From an uncultured Clostridia bacterium (GTDB taxonomy: Bacteria > Bacillota > Clostridia > Christensenellales > Aristaeellaceae): DNA of 64,000 bases. Shown piece by piece: positions 21,401 through 30,814 of this stretch (within the stretch, counting starts at the first letter, position 1; each line of letters opens with the position of its first letter). The translations under genes and the position numbers were made by a program. The notes beneath the pieces are model-generated. The model was not told the origin of the DNA and did not search any database. It saw only the letters and a program-made list of their open reading frames with translations. The stretch is from contig CANQKI010000002.1 in NCBI GenBank assembly GCA_947624355.1, positions 6,832-70,831 of the forward strand. Direction: 5' to 3'.

Positions 21401-23998
21401 TTACAGCTTCATGGCCTTTTCTTTCAGCAAAAACAGCTTGTTGAGGGCGTCCATGGGCGTCATGGCCAGCACGTCCAGGCCGCGCACTTCCTCGATAAAT
21501 TCTGTTTTGGGAAAATCCGTCAGGCCCACCTGCTCGTTTTTCTTTTTGTGCTTGGCCCCTAAAATGCTTTGGCCGATGGAATCGTTGCCCTGGTTGCTGA
21601 CCTCCAGCCGCGCCTCGATTTCCTGGGCCCGGGCCACCACGGGCCTGGGCACCCCGGCCAGCCGGGCCACGTAAATGCCGAAGCTCTTGTCCGTGCCCCC
21701 GGGCACAATCTTGCGCAGGAAAATGACCTCTTCCCCGTGTTCCTTGACGGACACGCAGAAGTTGCACACCCCCTCCAGGTGCCCTTCCAATTCGGAAAGC
21801 TCGTGGTAATGGGTGGCAAACAGGGTTTTCGCCCCGGATTTTTCCTTGTCGCAGAGGTATTCCACCGCCGCCCAGGCAATGGAAAGGCCGTCGAAGGTGG
21901 AGGTGCCCCGGCCGATTTCGTCCAGGATCACCAGGGAATTTTTGGTGGCCGAGCGGAGGATATAGGCCATTTCGCTCATTTCCACCATGAAGGTGGATTG
22001 GCCCGTGGCCAGGTCGTCCGACGCGCCGACCCGGGTGAACACCCCGTCCACCAGGCCGATTTTCGCCTCCCGGGCGGGCACGAAAGAGCCCATGTGAGCC
22101 ATCAGGGTGATGAGGGCCACCTGGCGCATATAGGTGCTCTTGCCCGCCATGTTGGGGCCGGTGATGATCTGCATCCGCCGGTCGCCGGTGTCGAGATGGG
22201 TGTCGTTTGGCACGAAGGACTGTTCAGGCAGCATGGCTTCCACCACAGGATGGCGGCCGTCCAGGATGTCGATGCGGCCGTCCAGGGTGATTTCGGGCTT
22301 CACGTAGCCCCGGATTCTCGCAACCCGGGCCAGGGACAAAAGGGCGTCCAGGGTCTTGTAGGCCATGGCCGTGCCCTGCAGTTCGGCCATATGGCTGCCG
22401 ATCTGACTGCGCACGTCGTCAAACAGGGTCATTTCCAAGCGAGCGGCCTGTTCCTGGGCACCGGTCAGCTTGTTTTCGATGGAACGGAGCTCGTCTGTGG
22501 TAAAGCGCTCGGCGTTGGCCAGGGTCTGCCGCCGCTGGAAGCGCAGGGGCACCAGGTTATAGTAGGATTTGGTCACTTCAAAGTAATAACCGAACACCCG
22601 GTTGTACTGGATGCGCAGGTTCTTGATGCCCGTTTCCTCCCGCTCCCGGGCTTCCAGGTCCATGAGCCACTGCTTGCCTTCCGTGCCCGCCCGGCGGAAT
22701 TCGTCCAGTTCTTTGCTGTACCCCTCCCGGATCACCCCGCCGTCGGAAAGGAGCAGGGGCGCGTCGGGGGAAATGGCCCGGGAAAGCAGGTCGGCAAGCT
22801 CGGGCAGGGGGTTCAGCATTTCCTGGAGGAAATCCAAAGCGTCGCCGCCGATAGCTTGCAGCAGGGAAAGCACCTTGGGGGCCTGCTCCAGGGAACGGAG
22901 GAGGGACAGGCAGTCCCGGGCGTTCAGGGTGCGGTAAGCCACTTTGGACAGCAGCCGCTCCATATCGTACACCTGGGTCAAATTTTCCCGGATTTCCTCG
23001 GAGAGTACGTTGTTCTGGTACAGCGCGTCCACGGCGGCCAGCCGGGCGTCGATTTTTTCCTTGGAAAGCAGGGGCTTTTCAATCCACGCCCGCAGCAGCC
23101 GCCCGCCCATGGCGGTGGCCGTTTCGTCCAGGATGGAAAGGAGGGAGCCCTTGGCCGTCCGGCCCCGGATGGACTCGGTCAGCTCCAGGTTCCGCCTCGT
23201 GGCGGCGTCCAGGGGCATGGTGCCGCCCTTTTCCAGCACGCGGATATTGGCGATGTGACTGAGGGAATTTTTCTGGGTGTCGCTCAGGTATTTCATCAGC
23301 GCCCCGGCGGCCTGCACGGCCACGGAAAGGCTGGCGTCCAGCCCCAGGGCGATGAGGGAATTGACCGAAAAATGTTTCAGCAGCGTTTCCCTGGCGTTCT
23401 GGTTCTGGAACGCGGCGGGAGCATAGGGCGTGGGCCGGACGGGGGCGCAGGCGGATGCAAACTCCGCGTCGTTGGTGATGACCTCGCCTACCTCCATGGC
23501 CCCCAGGGCGGTGCGGACGGCCCCCTGATCGGCGGGCAGCTGCTGCACGTAAAATTCCCCCGTGGATACGTCGCAGTTGGCCAGGCCTGCCCGCTTCCCG
23601 TTCACGCACAGGGCGCAGAGGAAATTGTTTCTTTTTTCCCCGATGACGGCGGAATCGGTGAGGGTGCCGGGGGTGACGATGCGGATGATGTCCCGGTCCA
23701 CCAGGCCCTTGGCCAGGGCGGGATCGGTCATCTGCTCGCCGATGGCCACCCGGTATCCCTTTTCCACCAGCCGCGCCACATAGGAATCCACCGCGTGGAA
23801 GGGCACGCCGCACATGGGGGCCCTTTCCTCCAGGCCGCAGTCCTTGCCCGTCAGCACCAGTTCCAGCTCCCGGCTGGCGGTGATGGCGTCGTCAAAGAAC
23901 ATTTCATAGAAATCGCCCACGCGGAAAAAGAGCAGCACGTCCGGGTTCTGCTCCTTGAGGCGCATGTATTGCTGCATCATGGGGGAGAGGGTGGCCAT
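21401..23998 (-). CDS. mutS: DNA mismatch repair protein MutS
   Basis: TPMMQQY and GDFYE mismatch-binding motifs, Walker A GPNMAGKST, 865 aa. Confidence 0.97.
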   Translation of the reverse strand: MATLSPMMQQYMRLKEQNPDVLLFFRVGDFYEMFFDDAITASRELELVLTGKDCGLEERAPMCGVPFHAVDSYVARLVEKGYRVAIGEQMTDPALAKGLVDRDIIRIVTPGTLTDSAVIGEKRNNFLCALCVNGKRAGLANCDVSTGEFYVQQLPADQGAVRTALGAMEVGEVITNDAEFASACAPVRPTPYAPAAFQNQNARETLLKHFSVNSLIALGLDASLSVAVQAAGALMKYLSDTQKNSLSHIANIRVLEKGGTMPLDAATRRNLELTESIRGRTAKGSLLSILDETATAMGGRLLRAWIEKPLLSKEKIDARLAAVDALYQNNVLSEEIRENLTQVYDMERLLSKVAYRTLNARDCLSLLRSLEQAPKVLSLLQAIGGDALDFLQEMLNPLPELADLLSRAISPDAPLLLSDGGVIREGYSKELDEFRRAGTEGKQWLMDLEAREREETGIKNLRIQYNRVFGYYFEVTKSYYNLVPLRFQRRQTLANAERFTTDELRSIENKLTGAQEQAARLEMTLFDDVRSQIGSHMAELQGTAMAYKTLDALLSLARVARIRGYVKPEITLDGRIDILDGRHPVVEAMLPEQSFVPNDTHLDTGDRRMQIITGPNMAGKSTYMRQVALITLMAHMGSFVPAREAKIGLVDGVFTRVGASDDLATGQSTFMVEMSEMAYILRSATKNSLVILDEIGRGTSTFDGLSIAWAAVEYLCDKEKSGAKTLFATHYHELSELEGHLEGVCNFCVSVKEHGEEVIFLRKIVPGGTDKSFGIYVARLAGVPRPVVARAQEIEARLEVSNQGNDSIGQSILGAKHKKKNEQVGLTDFPKTEFIEEVRGLDVLAMTPMDALNKLFLLKEKAMKL

Positions 23999-24037
23999 TC
24001 AAGCGATGCTCCTTTGCTTTCGTTGAAACAACTTATT

Positions 24038-24445
24038 TTAATGGCAGTGGGGGCAGGAGGAGCCGCAGCTGCCGCAGTCCCCCGAGCAGGCGGACTGCGG
24101 GTTCAGCACTTCGGACAGTTCCGCGTTTACCTGCCGCATCATTTCTGAAAAGCCGTTCCGGGCCTGGCGCATGGCCTGGGCCAGGGGCTGGGCGCCGATT
24201 TTTTCCTGAATGTCGTCCATTTCCCGGGTCAGGGCGCCCATCTGGTCAAAATCCGGGCTGTCCTGCATGGAAATATCCTCGATTTTCTGGTGCAGTTCCT
24301 GATACCGGGCGGAAAGCGCCACCAGCGTTTCCTCCTGGGCGGCCGCGTCCTCGGCGGCGCGCATGGAAATGTATTCGGGGGACTGGGCGATGAGGTAGGC
24401 CAGCTCCCGGGCCTTTTGCATAACGGCTTGGTTCATAAGGTTCAT
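24038..24445 (-). CDS. YmcA/YlbF (RicA/RicF)-family protein with Cys-rich C-terminus
   Basis: 135-aa helical protein (ARELAYLIAQSPEYISMRAAE...) lying between miaB and mutS, as ymcA does in Bacillus. C-terminal tail ACSGDCGSCGSSCPHCH. Confidence 0.6.
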   Translation of the reverse strand: MNLMNQAVMQKARELAYLIAQSPEYISMRAAEDAAAQEETLVALSARYQELHQKIEDISMQDSPDFDQMGALTREMDDIQEKIGAQPLAQAMRQARNGFSEMMRQVNAELSEVLNPQSACSGDCGSCGSSCPHCH

Positions 24446-25851
24446 TCTCCTTTCACGATGGTTCCGCGAAGCGTGGTTTTGCTGGCGGCGGTGATTTCGA
24501 CCGGCACGATCTTGCCGATCAGTTCAGGGTTCCCCGCAAAGTTCACGCTGATGAGGCGGGAACATTTGCCGGTGAGCATTTTTTCGTCCCGGCGGGACGC
24601 GCCCGTCACCAGCACGGATTCTTTCTGGCCGATGAGGGAGGCAAAATTCTTCTGCGTCATTTCCTCCTGCAGGGCGATGAGGCGCTCGATACGCTCGGTG
24701 GCGATTTCGGGGGGGATGCGCCCGGGCATTTCCGCCGCCTTCGTGCCCACCCGGGGGGAGAAAATGAAGGTGAAGGCGCTGTCCCATTCCGCTTCCCGGG
24801 TGAGGGACAGGGTATCCTCAAAATCCCGCTCCGTTTCGCCGGGGAAGGCCACGATGAGGTCGGTGGTGACGCCGATGCCGGGCACGGCGGCCCGGAGGGA
24901 ACGCAGGCACTCCAGGTAATGCTCCCGGGTGTAACGGCGGTTCATGGCCTGCAGAATCCCGTTGCTGCCCGACTGCACGGGCAGGTGCATATGCCGGCAC
25001 AGGGCGGGATTGACGGCAAATTCTTCGATGAGCTCGTCGGATAAATCCTTGGGGTGGCTGGTCATGAAGCGGATGCGGGGGATGCCCGTCTGCCCCAGGC
25101 GGCGCAGGAGTTTGGGGAAGGAAATGCCCCCGGGGGTGTCGTTCCCGTAGGAATTGACGTTCTGCCCCAGCAGCATGATTTCCTGCACGCCCTTTTCCTG
25201 CAGCCCTTCCACTTCCCGCAGGATATCGTCCGCGCTGCGGCTGCGCTCCCGGCCCCGCACGTAGGGCACAATGCAGTAGGAGCAGAAATTGTTGCAGCCG
25301 TACATGATGGTGACGTAGGCCTGGAAATCCGATTCCCGGCGGATGGGCAGGCCCTCGATGAGGGTGCTCTGTTCCTCCGGCACGGAGACCACGCGCCGCC
25401 TGGTTTCCACGGCGCGGTAAAGCAGTTCAGGCAGACGGTAAATGTTCCCCGTGCCGAAGGCCATGTCCACAAAGGGGTACTGCCGCAGCAGCTTTTCGGC
25501 CATGCCCGGCTCCTGCACCATGCAGCCGCACACGCCGATGAGCATTTCGGGCCGCACTTTCTTGATTTCCTTGAGCCACGTTACGTTGCCAAGGGCCTTG
25601 CGCTCGGCATTGTCCCGGATGCAGCAGGTGTTGTGCAATACAAAGTCCGCTTCCTCCCGGGCGGGGGCCGCCGTCAGCCCCATGTCCTCCAGCATGCCCG
25701 CCAGCTTTTCCGAATCGTGGGCGTTCATCTGGCAGCCGTAGGTGACAATGAAATAGGTGCGGGGCCGGCCGGGCAGACGGGAAAAATCCCGGGCGAACCG
25801 GGCCTGGGCCGCCATTTCCTCCGGGGAAATGCGAATGGTTTCTTCTCTCAT
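24442..25851 (-). CDS. miaB: tRNA-i6A37 methylthiotransferase MiaB
   Basis: TYGCQMN UPF0004 motif, radical-SAM CNNFCSYCIVP, and a TRAM domain. ATG 25851 overlaps the rng stop (ATGA). Confidence 0.92.
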   Translation of the reverse strand: MREETIRISPEEMAAQARFARDFSRLPGRPRTYFIVTYGCQMNAHDSEKLAGMLEDMGLTAAPAREEADFVLHNTCCIRDNAERKALGNVTWLKEIKKVRPEMLIGVCGCMVQEPGMAEKLLRQYPFVDMAFGTGNIYRLPELLYRAVETRRRVVSVPEEQSTLIEGLPIRRESDFQAYVTIMYGCNNFCSYCIVPYVRGRERSRSADDILREVEGLQEKGVQEIMLLGQNVNSYGNDTPGGISFPKLLRRLGQTGIPRIRFMTSHPKDLSDELIEEFAVNPALCRHMHLPVQSGSNGILQAMNRRYTREHYLECLRSLRAAVPGIGVTTDLIVAFPGETERDFEDTLSLTREAEWDSAFTFIFSPRVGTKAAEMPGRIPPEIATERIERLIALQEEMTQKNFASLIGQKESVLVTGASRRDEKMLTGKCSRLISVNFAGNPELIGKIVPVEITAASKTTLRGTIVKGE

Positions 25852-26996
25852 AGCGGGGTGACGCCGCCCTGAATGCCTGTGCCGCCGCAGTGGGGGCAGG
25901 GAATCAGGGGGCCGGGCCCTCCTTCCGTTTTCTTTCGGGTCAGTTCCATAAGGCCTAAGGAGGTAAAGCCGTGCACCGCGGTTTTGACCGGGTCGCCCAT
26001 CAAGGCCTCTTCCAGGGCGGCTTGCACCTGTTTCCGGCTTTCCTCCGTTTCCATATCCACAAAATCGATGACGATAACGCCGCCCACGTTCCGCAGCCGC
26101 AGCAGCCGGGCGATTTCCTCCGCGGCCTCCAGGTTGAGGCGCAGGAAAGCGCTTTCCGCCCCCGCGCGGCTCCCCTGGAATTTGCCGCTGTTCACGTCGA
26201 TCACCGTCATGGCCTCTGTCCGGTCGATCACCAGGAAGCCCCCGCAGGGCAGCCACACTTTCCGGGCCAGGCTCTTTTTCAGCTTGCTTTCCACGTTGTA
26301 CAGGGCAAAGGGCGCTTTGCATACCCGAACGGGCAACTCAGCATTTTCCGCTTCCTCCGGGCAGTCGGTCACGATTTCGGCGATTTTTCCCTGCTCGTCC
26401 CGCAGCATCCGCCGGAGGGCGCTTTTCCTTTCCTCCAGGCGGCAGGGGGCCGGGGCGGATGCGGCCAGGGTCAGCAGATTCCGCCATTTTTGCAGCAGAC
26501 CGTCGATTTCCGCCGCAATATCGTTTTCCTCCACCCCGGCGCTTTCGTGCCGCAGAATCAGGCCCGTGCTCTCGGGGGCCAGATTCCGCGCCAGGGCCAG
26601 GAGGCGGCTGCGGGTTTCTTCGTCCGTTACGCGTTTGGAAACCGTCCGGAGGGAGGAGAAGGGGGCCAGGATGGCGTATCGCCCGGCCAGGGCAATATCC
26701 TCCGTCACGTAGGCCAGCTTATCGCCCACCGGGGGCTTTTTTACTTGCACCAGTACCCGATCCCCCGATTTCGGCCTTTCCCGGCACTCCGAAAAGGGCA
26801 GGAAGCCGTTTTCGGAGGGGGTCAGGCGCACGAAGCAGGCTTCCATCCCGGGCAGCATCCGGTCTGTCCGGGCCAGGTAAATTTCCTCGGCGGCGATGCC
26901 TTCATTCCGATCGACGGCATAGGCCAGGAGGACGTCGTCCGCCATCAGGGCAAGGCGCAGGCCCTGGTCGCCCCGTTCCATCAGGATGCGCTTCAT
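25848..26996 (-). CDS. Ribonuclease E/G family protein (RNase G-like, short form)
   Basis: VIDVNSGKF and VIVIDFVDME catalytic motifs and a CPHCGGTG zinc link. ATG 26996 overlaps the upstream stop (ATGA). Confidence 0.85.
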   Translation of the reverse strand: MKRILMERGDQGLRLALMADDVLLAYAVDRNEGIAAEEIYLARTDRMLPGMEACFVRLTPSENGFLPFSECRERPKSGDRVLVQVKKPPVGDKLAYVTEDIALAGRYAILAPFSSLRTVSKRVTDEETRSRLLALARNLAPESTGLILRHESAGVEENDIAAEIDGLLQKWRNLLTLAASAPAPCRLEERKSALRRMLRDEQGKIAEIVTDCPEEAENAELPVRVCKAPFALYNVESKLKKSLARKVWLPCGGFLVIDRTEAMTVIDVNSGKFQGSRAGAESAFLRLNLEAAEEIARLLRLRNVGGVIVIDFVDMETEESRKQVQAALEEALMGDPVKTAVHGFTSLGLMELTRKKTEGGPGPLIPCPHCGGTGIQGGVTPL

Positions 26997-27658
26997 CAGA
27001 GGGCCTCCAGAGGCTTGAAGCACCCGCCCTCCTGCCCCCACAGGGCCGTGCGGGTGATGAGGGCCCGGGGCCGCGCCGTCCCGGCAAAGGAAAAGAGGGA
27101 ATCCAGCAGCAAATCCGGCTTGCAGGTGGCCGCCTCGCACAGGGCCAGGGTCATGCGCAGGGTGTCGCCCGTCAGGGTCAGGCCGTAAATCATGGGTTTC
27201 AGGTCGCAGGGCTTTTCGCCGCTCTTGGTTTTCCGCAGGGCGGGGATTTCGGGCTGATTTAAATAGCGTTCCACCGCGTCCCCAAGGCCGCTTGGAACAT
27301 CCTGAAACCTTGCCTCATAGGTGGCGGCGGCCAGGAGGGCCATGGGGGCCGGGTGCTCGTCGGGCACGGCCCGGCAGGAAAGCAGGGGCAGATCGGGGGG
27401 CAGGGCGGGGGAGAGCATGGCCGAAAAGGCTGCTTCCGTCATGGTTCCCTCGATGGGCACCTCCATGATTTCCCGTTGCCCCGGCATCCCCACAGACAAG
27501 GGGGCGGCGAAGCTCAGCAGGATATGGGGATTGAACCCCTGAGAATAGCGAAGGGGCAGGCCGCTGCGGCGCATGGCCCGCTGCATGGCCCGCATAAGGT
27601 CCAGGTGCCCGATGTGGCGAAGCCGGGGGCTTTTTTCAAATACCACAATCATTTTCAT
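26996..27658 (-). CDS. TIGR03936 / DUF2344 radical-SAM-associated protein
   Basis: RHIGHLDLMRAMQRAMRRSGLPLRYSQGFNPH N-terminal signature, 220 aa. Confidence 0.75.
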   Translation of the reverse strand: MKMIVVFEKSPRLRHIGHLDLMRAMQRAMRRSGLPLRYSQGFNPHILLSFAAPLSVGMPGQREIMEVPIEGTMTEAAFSAMLSPALPPDLPLLSCRAVPDEHPAPMALLAAATYEARFQDVPSGLGDAVERYLNQPEIPALRKTKSGEKPCDLKPMIYGLTLTGDTLRMTLALCEAATCKPDLLLDSLFSFAGTARPRALITRTALWGQEGGCFKPLEAL

Positions 27659-27677
27659 TGGTCTTTGTCCTCCCCCG

Positions 27678-29576
27678 TCAATCGAAAATGGGCGCCTGGG
27701 CGGGTTCTTTGTCTTTCAGGGGCGGGTGCTCCACAAAATCGCATACGCCCCAGCTTTGCAGCCCGCAGCCGTTGCAGCCATGGCGGCAGTCCCTGGTGGT
27801 TTTGTCCGCCTTGGCCCGCTCGTTTTCCAGCATGAGGTAGCGCTGGCTCACCCCGGCGTCGATGAACTGCCAGGGCAGCAGTTCGTCATAGGGCCGCTCC
27901 CGGTAGGCGTAAAAGGCGGGGTCCAGGCCGCAGGCTTCAAAGGCCTTCATCCACAGGTCGAACCGGAAATGCTCGCTCCACCCGTCCAGGCGGCAGCCCA
28001 GCTTCCAGGCCTCGTAAATCACCCGGCCCATCCGCCGGTCTCCCCGGCAGATGCAGGCCTCCAGCATGGACAGGGGGCTTTCGTGCCAGTTGAAATTGAC
28101 GCACTTGAGCTTTAAGTACTGCCGAAGCGCCGCCTGTTTTTCCCGCACCTGCTCGATGGTGTCCTGGGGGGCCCACTGGAAGGGGGTGAAGGGCTTGGGC
28201 ACGAATACGGAGGCCGAGCACGTCACCCGCACGCCCTTGGCCCGTTTTTCCTTGGGCAGGGCGTAATAGGCGTCCACCACTTTTTTGGCCAGGCGGCCGA
28301 TGCCCTGTAAGTCCTCGTCCGTTTCGGTGGGCAGACCCATCATGAAATAGAGCTTCACGCTGCTCCAGCCGCACTCGAACGCGTCCGTGACGGCGCGGAT
28401 GAGGTCGTTCTCCGTGACGCCCTTGTTGATCACGTCCCGCAGCCGTTGGGTGCCCGCCTCGGGGGCCAGGGTCAGGCCGGATTTTTTCACCTTCTGCGTT
28501 TCCTCCAGGGACTGCTTGACGATGTTGTCAATGCGCATGGAGGGCAACGATACGCTGACCCGCTTGTCCTTATACTGATCCATCAGGGCGCGGATGAGCT
28601 CGGGCAGGCAGGAATAATCCCCGCTGGACAGGGAGGAAAGGCTCATTTCCTCGTAGCCCGTGCTTTTTTGCAGCTTGTCCGCCAGCTCCAGCAGCCGCTC
28701 CATACTGCGCTCCCGCACCGGGCGGTACAGCACCCCCGCCTGGCAGAAGCGGCAGCCCCTCGTGCACCCCCGCATGATTTCCAGCACCATCCGGTCGTGG
28801 ACGATTTCGGTGTAGGGCACGGGGATGCTGTCCGGGTAAATTGCGGCGGAAAGGTCCTTCACCACCCGCTTTTTCACCACGGCGGGGGCGGCGGGATCGG
28901 TTGGCGAGAAAGAGGCCAGGGTGCCGTCTTCGTGGTATGTCGCTTCATACAGGCAGGGCACGTACACGCCCTCCAGCCCGGCCAGGGCCCGCAGAATGTC
29001 CAGGCGGGGCTTGCCCGCTTCCCGCCCGTCCCGGATGCAGTCCACCAGTTCGTGCATCACGTCCTCCCCATCGCCGATCATGAAGGCGTCGATGAAGGGG
29101 GTCAGGGGCTCGGGGTTAAAGGCGCAGGGGCCCCCCGCCACCACAATGGGGTCGCCTTCCGTCCGGTCGGCGGCCAGAACGGGCACCCGGCCCAAATCCA
29201 GCATCTCCAGGATGTTGGTAAAGCTCATTTCATATTGCAGGGTAAAGCCGATGATTTCAAAATGGTTGAGGGCCGCCCGGCTTTCCAGGGAAAAGAGGGG
29301 CACGTTTTCTTTTCGCATCAGGTCGGCCATATCGGCGCAGGGCATGCAGACCCTCTCGCAGGCGGCGTCTTCCTTTCCGTTGATCAGGTGATAAAGGATT
29401 TTCATGCCCAGATGGGACATGGCGATTTCATAGGTATCGGGAAAGCAGAACGCAAAATGGGTTTTCACGCTGTCCCAGGGCTTTTGCACCGCGTTCATTT
29501 CCCCGCCGATATACTGAGCGGGCTTCTGCACCTTTTCCAGCAGTTCTTCCAGCCTGGCCTTTTCCGCGTCGTTCAA
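27678..29576 (-). CDS. TIGR03960-type B12-binding-domain radical SAM protein
   Basis: VQKPAQYIGGE N-terminal motif and CTRGCRFCQAG radical-SAM cluster motif. TTG 29576 lies 10 nt after GGAGG, and the track start at 29612 would sit inside the predicted promoter. Confidence 0.8.
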   Translation of the reverse strand: MNDAEKARLEELLEKVQKPAQYIGGEMNAVQKPWDSVKTHFAFCFPDTYEIAMSHLGMKILYHLINGKEDAACERVCMPCADMADLMRKENVPLFSLESRAALNHFEIIGFTLQYEMSFTNILEMLDLGRVPVLAADRTEGDPIVVAGGPCAFNPEPLTPFIDAFMIGDGEDVMHELVDCIRDGREAGKPRLDILRALAGLEGVYVPCLYEATYHEDGTLASFSPTDPAAPAVVKKRVVKDLSAAIYPDSIPVPYTEIVHDRMVLEIMRGCTRGCRFCQAGVLYRPVRERSMERLLELADKLQKSTGYEEMSLSSLSSGDYSCLPELIRALMDQYKDKRVSVSLPSMRIDNIVKQSLEETQKVKKSGLTLAPEAGTQRLRDVINKGVTENDLIRAVTDAFECGWSSVKLYFMMGLPTETDEDLQGIGRLAKKVVDAYYALPKEKRAKGVRVTCSASVFVPKPFTPFQWAPQDTIEQVREKQAALRQYLKLKCVNFNWHESPLSMLEACICRGDRRMGRVIYEAWKLGCRLDGWSEHFRFDLWMKAFEACGLDPAFYAYRERPYDELLPWQFIDAGVSQRYLMLENERAKADKTTRDCRHGCNGCGLQSWGVCDFVEHPPLKDKEPAQAPIFD

Positions 29577-29617
29577 GGCAAAATGACCTCCAATTGAATC
29601 ATATAAAACCAACTTAC

Positions 29618-29646
29618 ATTATACAATAAAGATTCCTTTTTGTCCA
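29618..29646 (-). promoter_or_regulatory. Candidate sigma-A promoter of the radical-SAM / rng / miaB gene train
   Basis: On the minus strand: TGGACA (29646-29641), 17-nt spacer, TATAAT (29623-29618). Confidence 0.5.
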
Positions 29647-29657
29647 TTCCGGGGCAG

Positions 29658-29685
29658 AAAAAAACGCCGCCTTTTGTTGGCGGCG
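29658..29685 (-). terminator. Rho-independent terminator after the glycosyltransferase gene
   Basis: On the minus strand: stem CGCCGCC (29685-29679) / GGCGGCG (29671-29665), 7-nt loop, then a run of 7 T (29664-29658). Confidence 0.7.
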
Positions 29686-29701
29686 GCAGACAGGATAAAA
29701 T

Positions 29702-30814
29702 TTACGCGCTGCACGTTTTTTCGATGAAGCGGCGGATTTCCGCGGCGGCGTTGGGGGGAAGAACGTCCCGCTGGCAGGCGCGCATCCGCGCCCGGGCGGA
29801 TTCGTCGGACAGGAGCTGGTCGCAGGCGGACAGCAGCTCCTTTTGCAGGTCGTTCACCGGCAGGCTCATGCCCCGCTCGGCGAAAAACTGCATGTTGCGG
29901 TTTTCGCAGCCGGGAATGGGGGTGATGTGGATGAGGGCCGTTCCCAGCACGGCGGCCTCCGTGGAGGACAGCCCGCCGGGCTTGGAGAGAAACAGGTCGC
30001 AGGCCCGGATATAATCGGCCATGCGGTCGGTGTACCCGATCAGGGTGCACTTTTCGCCGAAAGCCTCCCGCATCCGGGTATGCAGCGCCTCGTTCCGCCC
30101 GCAGACCACCACCACTCGCACTTCTTCCCCGTAATGGGCCAGCAGCAGGGAAACCACCGTTTCCAGCTGCCCCGCCCCCACGCAGCCCCCGGAGGTCAGG
30201 ATGATTTTTTCGTCCGGGGAAAAGCCCAGGCGCTTTCGCGCTTCCTCCCGGGAGGAAGCTTCGCAGTACTGCCGCTGCACCGGAATACCGAAGGGCAGCA
30301 GCTTTTCCTCCGGAATGCCCCGGGCGATGAATTCGGGGGCCAGCTCCGGGGCGGGGATTACGTACCAGTCCAGGTCCGTTTCCTCGGTGAAGGGAATGCA
30401 GGTGTAATCGGTGGCGATGAAGAAGGTGGGCGGCAGGGGATGCCCGCCCCGTTTTAACACGGTGAGCATTTCGGCGGGGAAAAGGTGGGTGGTGGCCACG
30501 GCCTGATAGGGGTGCGCCTCCATGTATTTGAGCAGCAACGGCGCCGCCAGGTGGTTCGCGTGATAAACCGGGGAAGAAACGGGCAGTTTCCGGTACGCGT
30601 TGCCGATTTGATACATCATGCCGAAGGCCGAGGGTACATGCTGCACCAGGGCGTTGTATGCCTGGTCCACCATGGCGGCCGCCTGGGCGCTTTTCAGGGA
30701 AAAGGGGTTCAGCTGCACGGCCTTATGCCCGCCGTCGGCCAGGGCCTGGGCCACGGCGGCGCAGGCGGCGTTATGGCCCCCGCCCGTGCCGCAGGAAAGA
30801 ATCAGCGCATCCAC
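29702..30814 (-). CDS. MGDG-synthase-like (GT28) diacylglycerol glycosyltransferase
   Basis: ILSCGTGGGHNAAC N-terminal motif. GTG 30814 lies 9 nt after GGAGG. The track ORF extending to 31255 is a shadow frame over plsY. Confidence 0.7.
   Translation of the reverse strand: MDALILSCGTGGGHNAACAAVAQALADGGHKAVQLNPFSLKSAQAAAMVDQAYNALVQHVPSAFGMMYQIGNAYRKLPVSSPVYHANHLAAPLLLKYMEAHPYQAVATTHLFPAEMLTVLKRGGHPLPPTFFIATDYTCIPFTEETDLDWYVIPAPELAPEFIARGIPEEKLLPFGIPVQRQYCEASSREEARKRLGFSPDEKIILTSGGCVGAGQLETVVSLLLAHYGEEVRVVVVCGRNEALHTRMREAFGEKCTLIGYTDRMADYIRACDLFLSKPGGLSSTEAAVLGTALIHITPIPGCENRNMQFFAERGMSLPVNDLQKELLSACDQLLSDESARARMRACQRDVLPPNAAAEIRRFIEKTCSA

Noticed and set aside
21569-24148. 859-aa plus-strand ORF opposite mutS
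   Set aside because: mutS motifs are all on the minus strand. This is a shadow ORF with Gly/His/Pro-rich composition.
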